Below are positions 14,078-25,592 of a DNA stretch of 51,486 bases, one piece after another. The translations under genes were made by a program, and so were the position numbers. Each line of letters starts with the position of its first letter. The first letter of the stretch is position 1. Source of the DNA: Octopus sinensis (taxonomy: Eukaryota); the NCBI RefSeq assembly GCF_006345805.1, contig NW_021834021.1, positions 1-51,486 of the forward strand. The letters are read 5' to 3'. Under the pieces are notes generated by a model. That model was not told the DNA's origin. It saw only the letters and a program-made list of their open reading frames with translations, and made no database searches.

Positions 14078-14487
14078 GGCGCAGGAGTGGCTGTGTGGTA
14101 AGAAGCTTGTTTACCAACCACATGGTTCCGGGTTCAGTCCCACTGTGTGGCACCTTGGGCAAGTGTCTTCTACTATAGCCTTGGGCCGACCAAAGCCTTG
14201 TGAGTGGATTTGGTAGACGGAAACTGAAAGAAGTCCGTCGTATATATGTATATATATGTATGTGTGTGTACGTTTGTGTGTCTGTGTTTGTCCCCCTAGC
14301 ATTGCTTGACAACCAATGCTGGTGTGTTTATGTCCCCGTCACTTAGCGGTTCGGCAAAAGAGACCGATAGAATAAGTACTGGGCTTACAAAGAATAAGTC
14401 CCGGGGTCGAGTTACTCGATTAAAGGCGGTGCACCAGCATGGCCGCAGTCAAAATGACTGAAACAAGTAAAAAGAGAAAAAAGAGAA

Positions 14488-14489
<2 letters not shown>
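14078..14489 (+). mobile_element. tRNA-derived SINE (family 1); further copies at ~20795-21212, ~28520-28945 and ~29118-29500 (+), partial at ~39990-40150 (-)
   Basis: tRNA-like head ggcgcaggagtggctgtgtggtaag...ggttcagtccc, CORE-like ccttgggcaagtg, internal (TG)/(TA) tract, shared tail cagcatggccgcagtcaaatgactgaaac. Confidence 0.85.
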
Positions 14490-14570
<81 letters not shown>

Positions 14571-14575
14571 ATATA

Positions 14576-16042
14576 CTGTGGGGAGGAAATAAATATTCGT
14601 CTGTCAAAATTCTTTATTTAATTTCTAATGAACATAAATGGGATATACCACTATTATATATTTGCATACAGATGCATAAACTAAGAATAAGCAAAAGAAA
14701 CTAATAAATTATAGTAACTAATGAATTTATATACAATCATAAATATTTAGGGGTGAAAAAAGTATTCGTACAGAATAAATGTATGATTTTCTATGCCACA
14801 AAATACTGTTAAAATATTTTTTTACTAAAAATTTCTTGTTTATTCCAATAATCTTATCAGTTTTCATTTTTGAGTGTCAAAACACTAGCTTCTTCATTCA
14901 GCACTGAGACAACATAAAGTGATATCGCAATAATGGCGAAAAGTAAAGAACTCACAAATTCAGTGAAAAACTTAATTATTGAACTGTAGAAAGTAGGTAA
15001 AAGTTACAGGAAAATATCAGAGACACTTTGTATTCCGCTTACTACCATATCTTCATTTATTCAAAGATATAAGGAATCGGGAACTGTTGAAAACAGAATA
15101 AGATCCGGAGCACCACGCAAGATTTCCCCAAGATCTTTAAGAAAAATGAAGAGAAGAATATAAAAAAACGCAATAATCACCAGAAAGGAGTTTTCATAGG
15201 AATGAACTGAAGTCACGCTCTCCTAGAAAAACTCCTCTGTTGACTAAAAGGCATAGAGATGCCCGTTTAAAATTTGTTATGAACATAAAGATAAATCTGA
15301 TACATTCTGGTAAAATGTTCTATGGACAGACGAGACGAAAATTGAATTGTTTGGACGAAATTCGCTTACCCATGTCTGGAGTAAAAACACAATTCCTACC
15401 GTAAAGATTGGAGGTGTGGGGGTGTTTCTCTGCAAATGGTACTGGCAATTTACATGTGATAGATGGTAGAATGAATGCAGAGATGTACCAAAATATTTTG
15501 AACAATAATTTATGGGGCTCTATTGAAAAGCTCCAGCTTTGTGAAGGGTGGGTTTTACAACAGGGTAATGGCCCTAAGCACACGGTGAAGTCTACCATAT
15601 ATGGATTGTCAATCACAATATAAAATTATTGTAATGGCCAAGCCTGTCACCTGACTTGAACCCCATTGAAGAGCCCCAACATGCATTACAGATTTGAAGA
15701 AAATTTGTCAAGAAGAATAGGAAAATATTCCTAAAGAAACATGCGAGTCATTGGTGAAGAACTACAAGAAGAGATTGGTTGAAGTGGAACTGAATAATGG
15801 TTATGCTACGAAGTATCAAATCAAAATTATCAGTTATTTATATTCTGTACGAATACGTTTTTCACCCCTAAATATTTATAATTGTATATAAATTCCTTAG
15901 TTACCATAATTTATTAGTTTCTTTCGCATATTCTTAGTTTATGCATCTGTATGCAAATATATAATAGTGGTATATCCCATTTATGTTCATTAGAACTTAA
16001 ATAAAGAAAGAATTTTGACATTTACGAATATTTATTTCCCCC

Positions 16043-16045
<3 letters not shown>
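14576..16045 (+). mobile_element. Tc1-family DNA transposon with ~210-bp IR/DR terminal inverted repeats, internally deleted
   Basis: TIRs ~14576-14785 and ~15838-16045, TA flanks inside (TA)n; decayed transposase from ATG 14933 (MAKSKELT..., LWTDETKIELFG, WGCFSANG, QQGNGPKH, WPSLSPDLNPIE). Confidence 0.92.
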
Positions 16046-16081
<36 letters not shown>

Positions 16082-16083
16082 CG

Positions 16084-16166
<83 letters not shown>

Positions 16167-16225
16167 GGAGAGTTTACGAAAAAAACAAAAGACGATGACA
16201 GGTGGTGTTGAAGGAATAGAAAAAG

Positions 16226-16263
16226 CCTTTTACGTTTCGAGCCTTCGCTCTTCTACAGAAAGG
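16226..16263 (-). ncRNA. Minimal type I hammerhead-like motif (Penelope-type), core variant A6U
   Basis: Minus strand CCUUU-CUGUAGAA-GAGC(GAAG)GCUC-GAAAC-GUA-AAAGG: 5-bp stem I, 4-bp stem II, palindromic ACGU stem III. Confidence 0.6.
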
Positions 16264-16376
16264 GACACGGAAAAAAAAACAAGGATAGAAACAAGGAGAG
16301 AAAAAAATGTGTGTAGCGGCTAACAATCTATCATGGCGACTGACTCGGACACACACACACATATATATATATATAT

Positions 16377-16634
16377 AAGTGAATTATATTTCTGGAATAT
16401 ATGTTGTTCACTTTGTGTAAATCAGTTTTTGTGATGTATCAATGTCATGACATATACTTATTAATATTTGTGTCCATTTATATATATATATGTGTGTATG
16501 TGTGTGTGTATCTGTGTCTGTGTCTGTGTGTCTGTGTCTGTGTCTGTGTGTCTGTGTCTGCATTTATATACTCACAAATTCGCCCATATGTAATTGTTTA
16601 ATTGTGGCGTCGCATAATATTCTCTACTGTAAAT
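16377..16634 (+). repeat. Intronic block duplicated at 17589-17950
   Basis: Near-identical unique flanks (aagtgaattatatttctggaat...actgtaaat) around a variable (TG)n core. Confidence 0.9.
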
Positions 16635-16681
16635 TAAAGTGTCTCTGTGTAACGAAATGTAACTTGCTATTTATTCCACAG

Positions 16682-16729
16682 CCATGGTGGAGGAAGACGC
16701 ATGGACCAGGCACTGAAGGGACCAATCAG
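16682..16729 (+). CDS. Host gene exon C (48-nt linker, phase 2/2)
   Basis: ttccacag|C...AG|gtagtt; keeps the frame between exons B and D (HHGGGRRMDQALKGPIR). Confidence 0.62.
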
Positions 16730-17129
16730 GTAGTTGAACTATTTCTCACAGTCTTTCAGTCATTGAATAACAATGTACCTTGTAATGACCTGAGATCAAT
16801 CTGAAGTTTGTGGTGCAGTGATGGCAGATGGAAACATGTCATTTACTGCATTCAACTCATCACTTTTGAAAATAATTCCCTGGTTATGTACACACATATC
16901 GTATATAAATCTAAAGTTATTACTCTAATTTAGAACAATGACCTGTTTTGTGGCATGGATCAGCCATACATGAAGCTGTAGGAATTGTGTCCTATCTGTC
17001 CATCCATAAAATTCAAAGTCAAATGTCTAAGTATAGCCGACTTCTAAAACAGATTAGATACAATCAAGTGTTATATGTATGCATGTATGTATGCATGTAT
17101 GTACGTACGTACGTACGTATGTATGTATG

Positions 17130-17203
<74 letters not shown>

Positions 17204-17243
17204 TATACATACGTTCATACATATATTCATACACACATATATA

Positions 17244-17484
17244 TCACCTTGACCGACTAGTCCGTCGGGCGTCCAATTGACACCGCTGGTCACAGCACGC
17301 TGTCCACTCCTCTCTGGATCGCGCCTTCCTCATCCACGTGATCCCAATCGTCCTCCTGAAATCGTTACTCCACCGACGTGGAGGCCTTCCGGGTGGTCGT
17401 TTCCGCTCGCGCGGGTACCACTCGACAACTGCGCGTGTCCACAGATTTTCGGTGAGCTGGGCGATGTGTCCAGCCCATCTAAAC

Positions 17485-17486
<2 letters not shown>
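17244..17486 (-). mobile_element. RTE-like LINE 3' fragment
   Basis: FRWAGHIAQLTENLWTRAVVEWYPRERKRPPGRPPRRWSNDF; truncated end fused to (CATA)n. Confidence 0.85.
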
Positions 17487-17515
<29 letters not shown>

Positions 17516-17708
17516 TGTATGTATGTATGTATGTATGTATGTATGTATGTATGTATGTACGTATGTGTGTGTGTATGTGTATGTATATAAGTGAATTATA
17601 TTTCTGGAATATATGTTGTTCACTTTGCGTAAATCACTTTTTGTGATGTATCAATGTTATGACATATATTTATTAATATTTGTGTCCATTTATATATATA
17701 TATGTGTG

Positions 17709-17747
<39 letters not shown>

Positions 17748-17756
17748 TGTGTGTGT

Positions 17757-17794
<38 letters not shown>

Positions 17795-18020
17795 TGTGTG
17801 TGTGTGTATGTGTGTGTGTGTGTGTGTCTATGTGTGTGTGTGTTTGTGCGTGTGTTTGTGTGTGTGTCTGTGTATGCATTTATATACACACAAATTCGCC
17901 CATATGTAATTGTTTAATTGTGGTGTCGCATAATATTCTCTACTGTAAATATGCACACAATGTAATATTTGTTATAAATGAATGTTATTAATGGGATGTG
18001 TTCATGTTTTTGTTCCTCAG

Positions 18021-18163
18021 ATGTGTGTTTTGTGAAGACGAAGTGGCCACAGAGACGTTCTTTCCATGTAGACATCTTTCGCTGTGTAAGAAATGCTGTC
18101 TCCCAAAGATACCTAAACGATGCCCTATGTGTAGACAGAATATAACGAGCAAAAATAGTTTGG
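18021..18163 (+). CDS. Host gene exon D: C3HC4 RING finger
   Basis: ttcctcag|A...G|gtaaga, phase 2/1; C-x2-C-x11-C-x-H-x3-C-x2-C-x8-C-x2-C (CVFC...PCRH...CKKC...CPMCR). Confidence 0.92.
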
Positions 18164-19052
18164 GTAAGAATACTGTATGATCTGTCTGTTTGTCTCATAG
18201 GCTTTATGGTGTGGAATATTGTATCTCATGTTGTTGTGTAGATCCAGTTTTGCGATATTCAAGCACACTTTTGATAAAAGATGTTCCAGGTGTCTTTTCT
18301 CTGTCATATTATGTCTCTCACTACTCCCACTAAACATTGTTCTTGTCCAATTAGAAGACTTGTCACACTTCAAGATGGCTACTTTCTGCAACATAAAAAT
18401 AATAAAGAATACTGAATTATAAATGGTGACTAAATGCCAATAAATCACCAAGGTTCTATCAGTAAATACCGACATCTTGTGTGTGATTAGAGTGATTAAT
18501 GATTTATCAATATCTTCGGAAGCTGATAATTAAAAACAACTGCAATTTATATGAATATCAAAGTGAGCTTTTATAAAATAAGAGAGTCAATAAGAAAATC
18601 TCAACTGAGGGTTTAGGGGCCAACATTAGAGAGGGGACATCAAAAGGGTGGGGAAACTTTGATTGATGTATAGATTAGTATTCCCGAGTATCAGTTCTTC
18701 TGAACCGTTTCAAATATTTTCACAGCAATAATGTGTGGATGACAAGTTTTATGTCGTTAATGAGGTTTTGTGTGAATGTAGTGTGTTAATTTAGGACACA
18801 AGATATCACTTCCTGTTAGACCTGATGTCACTTTCTGTTCGACCTGCTTTATTCAGGAGGATGAATGACATTGAAATATCTTCAGATATTTCCCCACATC
18901 TGATTACATTCTGGAGAACTGTGATGCGGGTAATTAAAATTAAAGATTACTAGTAGTAACCAATAACAAAGAGAGCAAGTGTATATATATATATACATAT
19001 ATATCTATCTATATATATATATATATAGAGAGAGAGAGATAGATAGATAGAT

Positions 19053-19553
19053 ATATTGTTGTTTTTGGGAATGGGCATTTTGCCAGTTTAGCCAATAAAA
19101 ACACACGCACTATATATTTGGTGTTACTTTGCTTCAGTCTTATTTATTTTTTACATTAATCTTAATCTTATTTCGGCCAAAAGCAAAAACAAATTACACG
19201 TACGTATATAAACAGAAGATACAAATATTACAGGCACTTCACCCCCCCCCACGCACACTAACTAAACATAGACACACATAGAGGTATACGCATGCACAAA
19301 TGAGGACACGTACAATAGGAATACAAAATACAAAATGGTTGATGGTTAGTAAGGAGAGACACACAAATAAGAAAGAAGAAAGCAAAGGACCACTGATGAG
19401 GTCACAGAAGTGTGACGGAAGAACTCTTGCCGAAATAAGATTAAGATTAAAGTAAAAAATACATAACGCTGAAGCAAAGTAACACTAAATATATAGTGCG
19501 TGTGTTTTTATTCGCAAAACTGGCAAAATGACCATTCCTAAATACAACAATAT
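19053..19553. mobile_element. 500-bp element with ~125-bp terminal inverted arms (MITE-like or inverted Penelope pLTR)
   Basis: 19053-19177 is the reverse complement of 19429-19553; degenerate hammerhead half ctgatgag-gtcac..gtgac-ggaag at 19393-19421. Confidence 0.75.
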
Positions 19554-20047
19554 CTGTTTCAACACACCATTTCACATCAAAAATCTTGTAAAACAAATAG
19601 ATAGATATAGATATATATCCGTCTGGAAGTGGTGTGTCGCGTTTGAGGCTAGGACTTCGATGCTCAACTTGGTTGACACTGGATTTAAGCAGAAGATGAG
19701 ACGAATGTTGATTAGAGATGTCTTGTCATAGATCTAGCACAAACATAAGAAAACCCAAAAGAAGCTAAGAGACAATCGGTTATTAGGGGATAATTAAATG
19801 AGATAATTTCAGAATTGTTAGAATTGTTGGATGACTTAAGAGACAGAGAAGGGTTGTTAAGTGTAGTCTATTCTGTTGTGGACTCAAATAGTGAACCATT
19901 TCTTGGCCCCACTGTAGAAAGCATACAAATGTTCTCCAAAAGCATGTTGTCATCAGTGATGACACGAATGTCTCACAATAATAAAATATCGATTATTAGA
20001 AAGGATAAAGAAATTTTACTAAAACCACTTTGAAATGTATTTTTCAG

Positions 20048-20098
20048 TTGGTCCAAATTCGTCAAAGATGGAAGTCCAGATGGTGGCAGGACCAGTTG
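20048..20098 (+). CDS. Host gene exon E (51-nt, phase 1/1), probable degenerate duplicate of exon F
   Basis: tttttcag|TT...G|gtgagt; VGPNSSKMEVQMVAGPV. Confidence 0.7.
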
Positions 20099-20129
20099 GT
20101 GAGTATGAAATAACTGTACCTAATTATGT

Positions 20130-20348
20130 TATCCCATAAGAGGCATAGGGTTGGTTTCCCGGTTTCTCTAGCGTATACATTCCTCCCTGAACAGGACACT
20201 AGTTCGCTGTAAGATTACTTATTTTTGCCAGCTGAGTGGACGGAAGTGTTTTGCTCAAGAACGCAACGTATTGCCTGGTGAAGGAATCGAAACCCCAATC
20301 TTACAATCATGAGTCAAATACCCTAACCATTAAGCCCGGCGCCTCCAC
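20130..20348 (-). mobile_element. tRNA-derived SINE (family 2)
   Basis: Minus-strand head gtggaggcgccgggcttaatggttagggt...ggtttcgattcc with A/B-box-like motifs. Confidence 0.65.
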
Positions 20349-20947
20349 TTGCTATGACCAATTCGTTTCCATAAAACACAGGCGATGGAAAAATTTATAG
20401 AAATCAATGTACCTAACTGATTCCTATAAATTCTCCACTCCCTGAGCTGTTTTGTTTGTCAGAAGGACTGAGAACAGGGCCCATCTCTAATTTCCATTTG
20501 AAATGTTAGCTGCAAAAGGAGTCGATGAAATATATCGCTGAAATTTCATAAAATCTTTGTTGCCTTGGATGGAAAAAGGGATAAATTAGAAAACACAATA
20601 GAGTTAATATTGTCTTTTGGAACCAAGAACTAAGATATGTTGTTGTTTAGGGGTAAACAGGTGAACAGAAACTAGAAAAATGTGGACCAAAATCATAATG
20701 GTTACCAATTGACCATTGCAAGGAAGGAATGTCTCTCAATAATGTAACAAATTGCGTTTTTTGAAAGTTTAACTGTAAAGTAATTCTATTAAAGAGTGTC
20801 TGTGTGGTAAGTAGCTTGCTTACCGACCACATGGTTCCGGGTTCAGTCCCACTGCGTGGCATCTTGGGCAAGTGTCTTCTACTATAGCCTCGGGCCGACC
20901 AAGGCCTTGTGAGTGGATTTGGTAGACGGAAACAGAAATAAACTCGT

Positions 20948-20990
<43 letters not shown>

Positions 20991-21214
20991 ATATGTTTGT
21001 GTGTCTGTGCTTGTTCCCCCAACATCACTTGACAACCGATGCTGGTTTGTTTACGTCCCCGTAACTTATTTGTTCGAGAAAAGAGACCAATAGAATAAGT
21101 ACCAGGCTTACAAAGAATAAGTCCTGGGATCGATATGCCCGACTAAAGTCGGTGCTCCAGCATGGCCACAGTCAACTGACTGAAACAAATAAAAGAGTAA
21201 AGAGTAAAAGAGAG

Positions 21215-21960
21215 AAGACAGGAATCCCTGAATGTGTGGAACGTGCATTTTGAATCTGGGATGCGATACAAGATACAAAGAAGAACAAAAGCGATTTGAA
21301 TGTTGTATGGCTTGATCAGGTTAATGCTTATCGTTCTGTACTACACGAATTGTTGCTGAAAACAACGGACGTCTTTTATATACGAGAAAAGATTAAGAAT
21401 CTAATGAAGAGTTGCTGTAATAATTTCAAAATGCGCTTCAGGACAGAATATTTCACAACAGACTCGCATCGTCTTGAGACTGGAATTGCCGTGGGTTGCA
21501 CAATATCAGTCATTTTGTTTGTACTTGTTATGGAAATGTTTATTAGATCAGCAGATTGATCAGTAGAAATAACTCGAGTGAAGTCCCCTAAGACGACATT
21601 AATGGATGACATAACAACACAAACAACAGAGCAAAAGGATATGCAAATAGTTCTGAATAGACTGTATTAATTAATTAGTTGGTCAAGAATAGGGTTGAAG
21701 GCAAATAAATGTTGCCGTCATTTGCCAAAGCTCAGCAGAAATAAGTGAAATTCAAAGTAGCAGAAGAAAGCATGTCAAAGGTTAAAGAGAAACTGTTTAG
21801 GGTGATGGTACACTACCTCATTGTCCCACAAGAGTAGAGGCATCGAGATAATAGCACAAAAAGAAGACATCTTATAAGCAATAGATAAGCCAAAACTTTT
21901 GGGGAATAAAGGGTTTTAAAGAACTTCTTTATTAAGGAGTCTTAAAATATTTCCTGAATC
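21215..21960 (+). pseudogene. Decayed RT fragment of an RLE-type LINE (Hero/NeSL-like)
   Basis: VVWLDQVNAYRSVLHELL, TTDSHRLETGIAVGCTISVILFVLVME, KSPKTTLMDDIT; stops and frameshifts. Confidence 0.72.
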
Positions 21961-22222
21961 AGATGATGTTCTTGTGAACTGGGATGTGCGGAGTTACGAT
22001 TCAAGATTACCAACATCAACCCTTAACAAAGATGTCAGGTGTATGTTTATCCTACATGAATTTGTCTGCCGTGTATTTGTGGTTAGGTCTTTGGAAAACA
22101 CCTTGTTTGACATTAGAATTAAGCAGAAGATGAGAAAAATGTTGGTGAGTGAAGTCATGTCACAGGTTTGGTACAGATATAAGAAGGGAAATAGAGAACT
22201 GTGAGAAAAATAGTCTTATCAA

Positions 22223-23166
22223 CTGGTCTTCATAAATGACTTGCCCGACGACCTCACGCAACACACCATTCTATTTGCCGACGATATCAAACTGGTCGCT
22301 CCTCGCGGTGATATAGAGGATCTTCGTCGATGCCTCCACCAAATTTGGAAGTGGTCTAACGAATGGGAACTGTGTCTGAACGTGTCAAAGTGCTGTCATC
22401 TGCCTGTTGGCTCTCCTCCTGCAACTCAACTTGATTTCGAGCCGGGTCATCTGCTGCTGGAAAGGACCGATCAGGTAAAGGACCTGGGTATCTTGGTGGA
22501 TTCCTCCTTTTCGCCTTCGGCCCAGTGCGTCCATGCTGCCAACAAAGCACGCGGAATTCTGTTCTTGATTCGACGGTCATTCGGAATGCTCACAGCAGCC
22601 ATATTCCTACCACTCTATGTCACGCTGGTGAGACCCATATTGGAGTACGGGATTCAAGCCTCTTCTCCCTATCTCCTCAAAGACATACAGCATCTCGAAA
22701 GAGTCCAGAAGCTGGCTACCCGCATGGTTCATGGTCTCAAAAATTTGTCCTATGAAGAAAGGCTGAGGACGCTCGACCTTTATTCTCTTGGAAAACGCCG
22801 CTGCCGTGGTGATCTCATTCTCGCCCACAACATCATAAGCGGAAAGTGTAACCTCTCGAAAGAGCTGTTCTTCACTCCTGCTCCAGAGTGTCGGCTGCGG
22901 GGTCATTCCGAAAAGCTCTACCTGCGACGATTTCATCTCAATCGAAGGAGAGGAGCTTTCTCCGTCCGGGTTGCGGATCCGTGGAACAAGCTGCCAGACG
23001 AGATGGTGAAGATGCCGACGACCGCTTTGTTCAAAGCCTCCCTTGACCTCTAGTGTCCTGAACTCTTTATATGAACACCACCCTGTACTTAACTCCATGT
23101 CCCCCTACATGACCTTGCTATTTGCTTTTGAACCAAATTAACTAACTAACTAACTAACTAACTAAT
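22223..23166 (+). mobile_element. Young 5'-truncated CR1-clade LINE with (CTAA)n tail
   Basis: Open frame FINDLPDD..LFADDIK..KDLGILVD..LVRPILEY..LERVQKLATR..RGHSEKL..FSVRVADPWNKLP; tail 23138-23166. Confidence 0.92.
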
Positions 23167-23399
23167 TCAATGTGATAAATACAACATTGTTAGATTATGT
23201 AGGATGTCTTGATAGAGAGACGAAGTTTAAGAAGTTTAATCTATTTTGTTGTGGACCAAAATATTGAGCTATTACATAGATTAAAAAGGTTGACCAAAAT
23301 CATAGTGGTCACCAGTTGACCATTGATGATAAGCATGCCTCAAGAATAAAGATTAAGAAATTTAGTATAAATTATAAAATTTGGAAATATTTATTTCAG

Positions 23400-23471
23400 G
23401 GAGTCCACAGCTGAAGGAGAAGGATCTTCTGAGAGTGGCTAAGAGGTTAGGAAGAGATTGGTGGCAAGTAG
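23400..23471 (+). CDS. Host gene exon F: N-terminal part of Death domain
   Basis: tatttcag|GG...G|gtgagt, phase 1/1; SPQLKEKDLLRVAKRLGRDWWQV fits the Death-fold L..VA..LG.DW..L signature. Confidence 0.85.
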
Positions 23472-23911
23472 GTGAGTATAAAAGTACACTACCTAATTGA
23501 TTTCTATAAATTTTACATTCACCTGGGCTATTTCATTTGTCAGGATGAAAGAGAACAGGTTACATTCCTAATTTCCAGTGGAATGGTTAGCTGCAAAATA
23601 AATTCTATTAATGATATTACTGGTATTTCATAAAGTATCCACTGAGGTTGGTAATTGTGGATACACAAGAAAATACAAGTAGCATTTAATATAGGAAGAA
23701 AGAAGAAAAATATGTTGAGGGTAAACAGCTGAGTTTATTGACAACGTTTTTGGCTCGTCTTTACTCCATCAAAAGACCATGAGTTAGGGTCTTCTTGAAG
23801 CCATTAGGGATTGGGTTATTGTGTTTGAAAGTGATAATTGCAATTATTACACACATGTGATTGAGAACACTTTGAGATATATTTGGTATCTAACATATGT
23901 CAGATACTACG

Positions 23912-24017
23912 AGCGCTGCTTCTGATTGGTCAATCCATGGTGATGACCCGAGGTAACGGTGACAGCGCTGCTTCTGATTGGTCAATTCATGGTGATGACC
24001 CGAGGTCCCGGTGACAG
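23912..24017 (+). repeat. Two 52-bp tandem units
   Basis: agcgctgcttctgattggtcaat...ggtgac at 23912 and 23964. Confidence 0.9.
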
Positions 24018-24111
24018 CACTACTTTTGTCATTCATAAGTAACAACTAAACGTGAAGAATTTAGTTATTGGGTTAATAAAATATGGTTGTTTATTCGTGT
24101 GTAATAAATAA

Positions 24112-24251
24112 AATACCAAACTCATTCCCTATGGATACAGTATTTATTACAACGAGTGGCTTGTAAACGTATCTAACTTTCGCTCGTTAGATACGTTTAC
24201 AAGCCACTCGTTGTAATAAATACGGTATCCATAGGGAATTAGTTTGGTATT
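24112..24251. repeat. Near-perfect 140-bp hairpin (66-bp arms, 8-nt loop)
   Basis: 24112-24177 vs 24186-24251, 2 mismatches. Confidence 0.93.
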
Positions 24252-25392
24252 CTCTCTTTTATATTGCCATATTGAAATGACTTTACCACATGACATATGT
24301 TTGTAAATGCTTCAGTAAAAACAGACTTAGTATAGGGGTGACACAGCCAAATCATATCATATTCCCCACATCCAAAAAGAGAGAATGACTCTAAGGAAAT
24401 TTGCCAGAAAATGAATATTCACAAGTGAAGCCAGACCATGGCTGGTCTCTCTCTCTCACTGAGACATAAGAATAACTGAATGGGTTAAGGAGAATTGATT
24501 GAATCTGGAGTAGATTAAAAAAGGATTGAATTTGACTTAGAATAATCGACTGTTGGTCTATCATTATTCATTTGATTTTCAGTGTCATTTTGGGAACTTT
24601 GCAAGGTGATTGATTTCACAGAGAGACATTACTTTCATGACCCTTTGAGTATCAGATCTGAAATCTGCCAGATTAAGACAGATATATGGGATTTCTCTGA
24701 AGGGTCTCTGGAGTAATGTTGCCCAATAGGATTTATAGTTCAGAGATTTGGAAGTCTCTCCAGGTTGAGCCACTTCTTCACATCTCTGGTACCTAGGACA
24801 TGTGATCAGAATGTCGCAGGAATGAATTACAAGACAGGTTCTCAAAGTCAAACCAATGGAGTAGGAGACCCAGGGGTAGACCAAGCACTAAATAGTTGGA
24901 TGATATCCATAGACTTAGTTGTTGATGCTTGGGAATCCAACCAAAATATGTAATGATGGTTACATCTGATAGGCCCCTATGGAAGAAATGCCTGGGGACT
25001 CTATCCCCACAACTCTCCCAGAAATATTGAGCAGAGGAAATGAATGGATCAAATGGTTTGCCTGTTGGTACCCTATGTTGATTCTTTAGGTTCTCATACA
25101 CTTTTGCCTTCACAAACACATCTGCCATCGGTTTACCTTAAAAGATTCTCAAGTGTAAACTTTAATTAATTTTTTAAAAAAATCTCCATTAATTTAACCA
25201 CTTTGTTATTTTTCTCATCATCCCTAGAAATAGAAAACAATGTCTTATAATTTTCTTGTTTCTTAGCTATTTTTTTATATTTCTCTCTTGAAATAGTTTC
25301 TTTGTTATGTTTATAACAGCACACATCTTTTATATTATTGTTAATATTGTTGATGTTGTTGCATTTATCTCTTATTGTTGTGTCTTTTGCAG

Positions 25393-25592
25393 CAATTTTT
25401 TTAGGAGTTGATACAACTAAACTGAAAATTGATGATGAGTCTATTGACGCTGTAAAACAAGGCTACCTGATGCTTTACGAATGGTACAGGAATTGCGACC
25501 CAGAAACACGGACACACGCAACATTACGTGCAGCTCTTGAAGAAGCTGAATGTGTCGCTGCGATGGAATGTCTGTCATTAGACGCAAAGTGA
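25393..25592 (+). CDS. Host gene terminal exon G: rest of Death domain, stop TGA
   Basis: cttttgcag|CA, phase 1; AIFLGVDTTKL...KQGYLMLYEWYRNCDPETRTHATLRAALEEAEC; candidate AATAAA at 25835-25840. Confidence 0.87.

Noticed and set aside
24335-24360. ggggtgacacagccaaatcatatca resembles the 3' end of mammalian MaLR LTRs
   Set aside because: Only ~25 nt with no flanking similarity; most likely chance
24585-25128. Minus-strand ORFs with faint LINE RNase H/zinc-finger-like words (FGWIPKH, ILITCPRY)
   Set aside because: Too degenerate to assign
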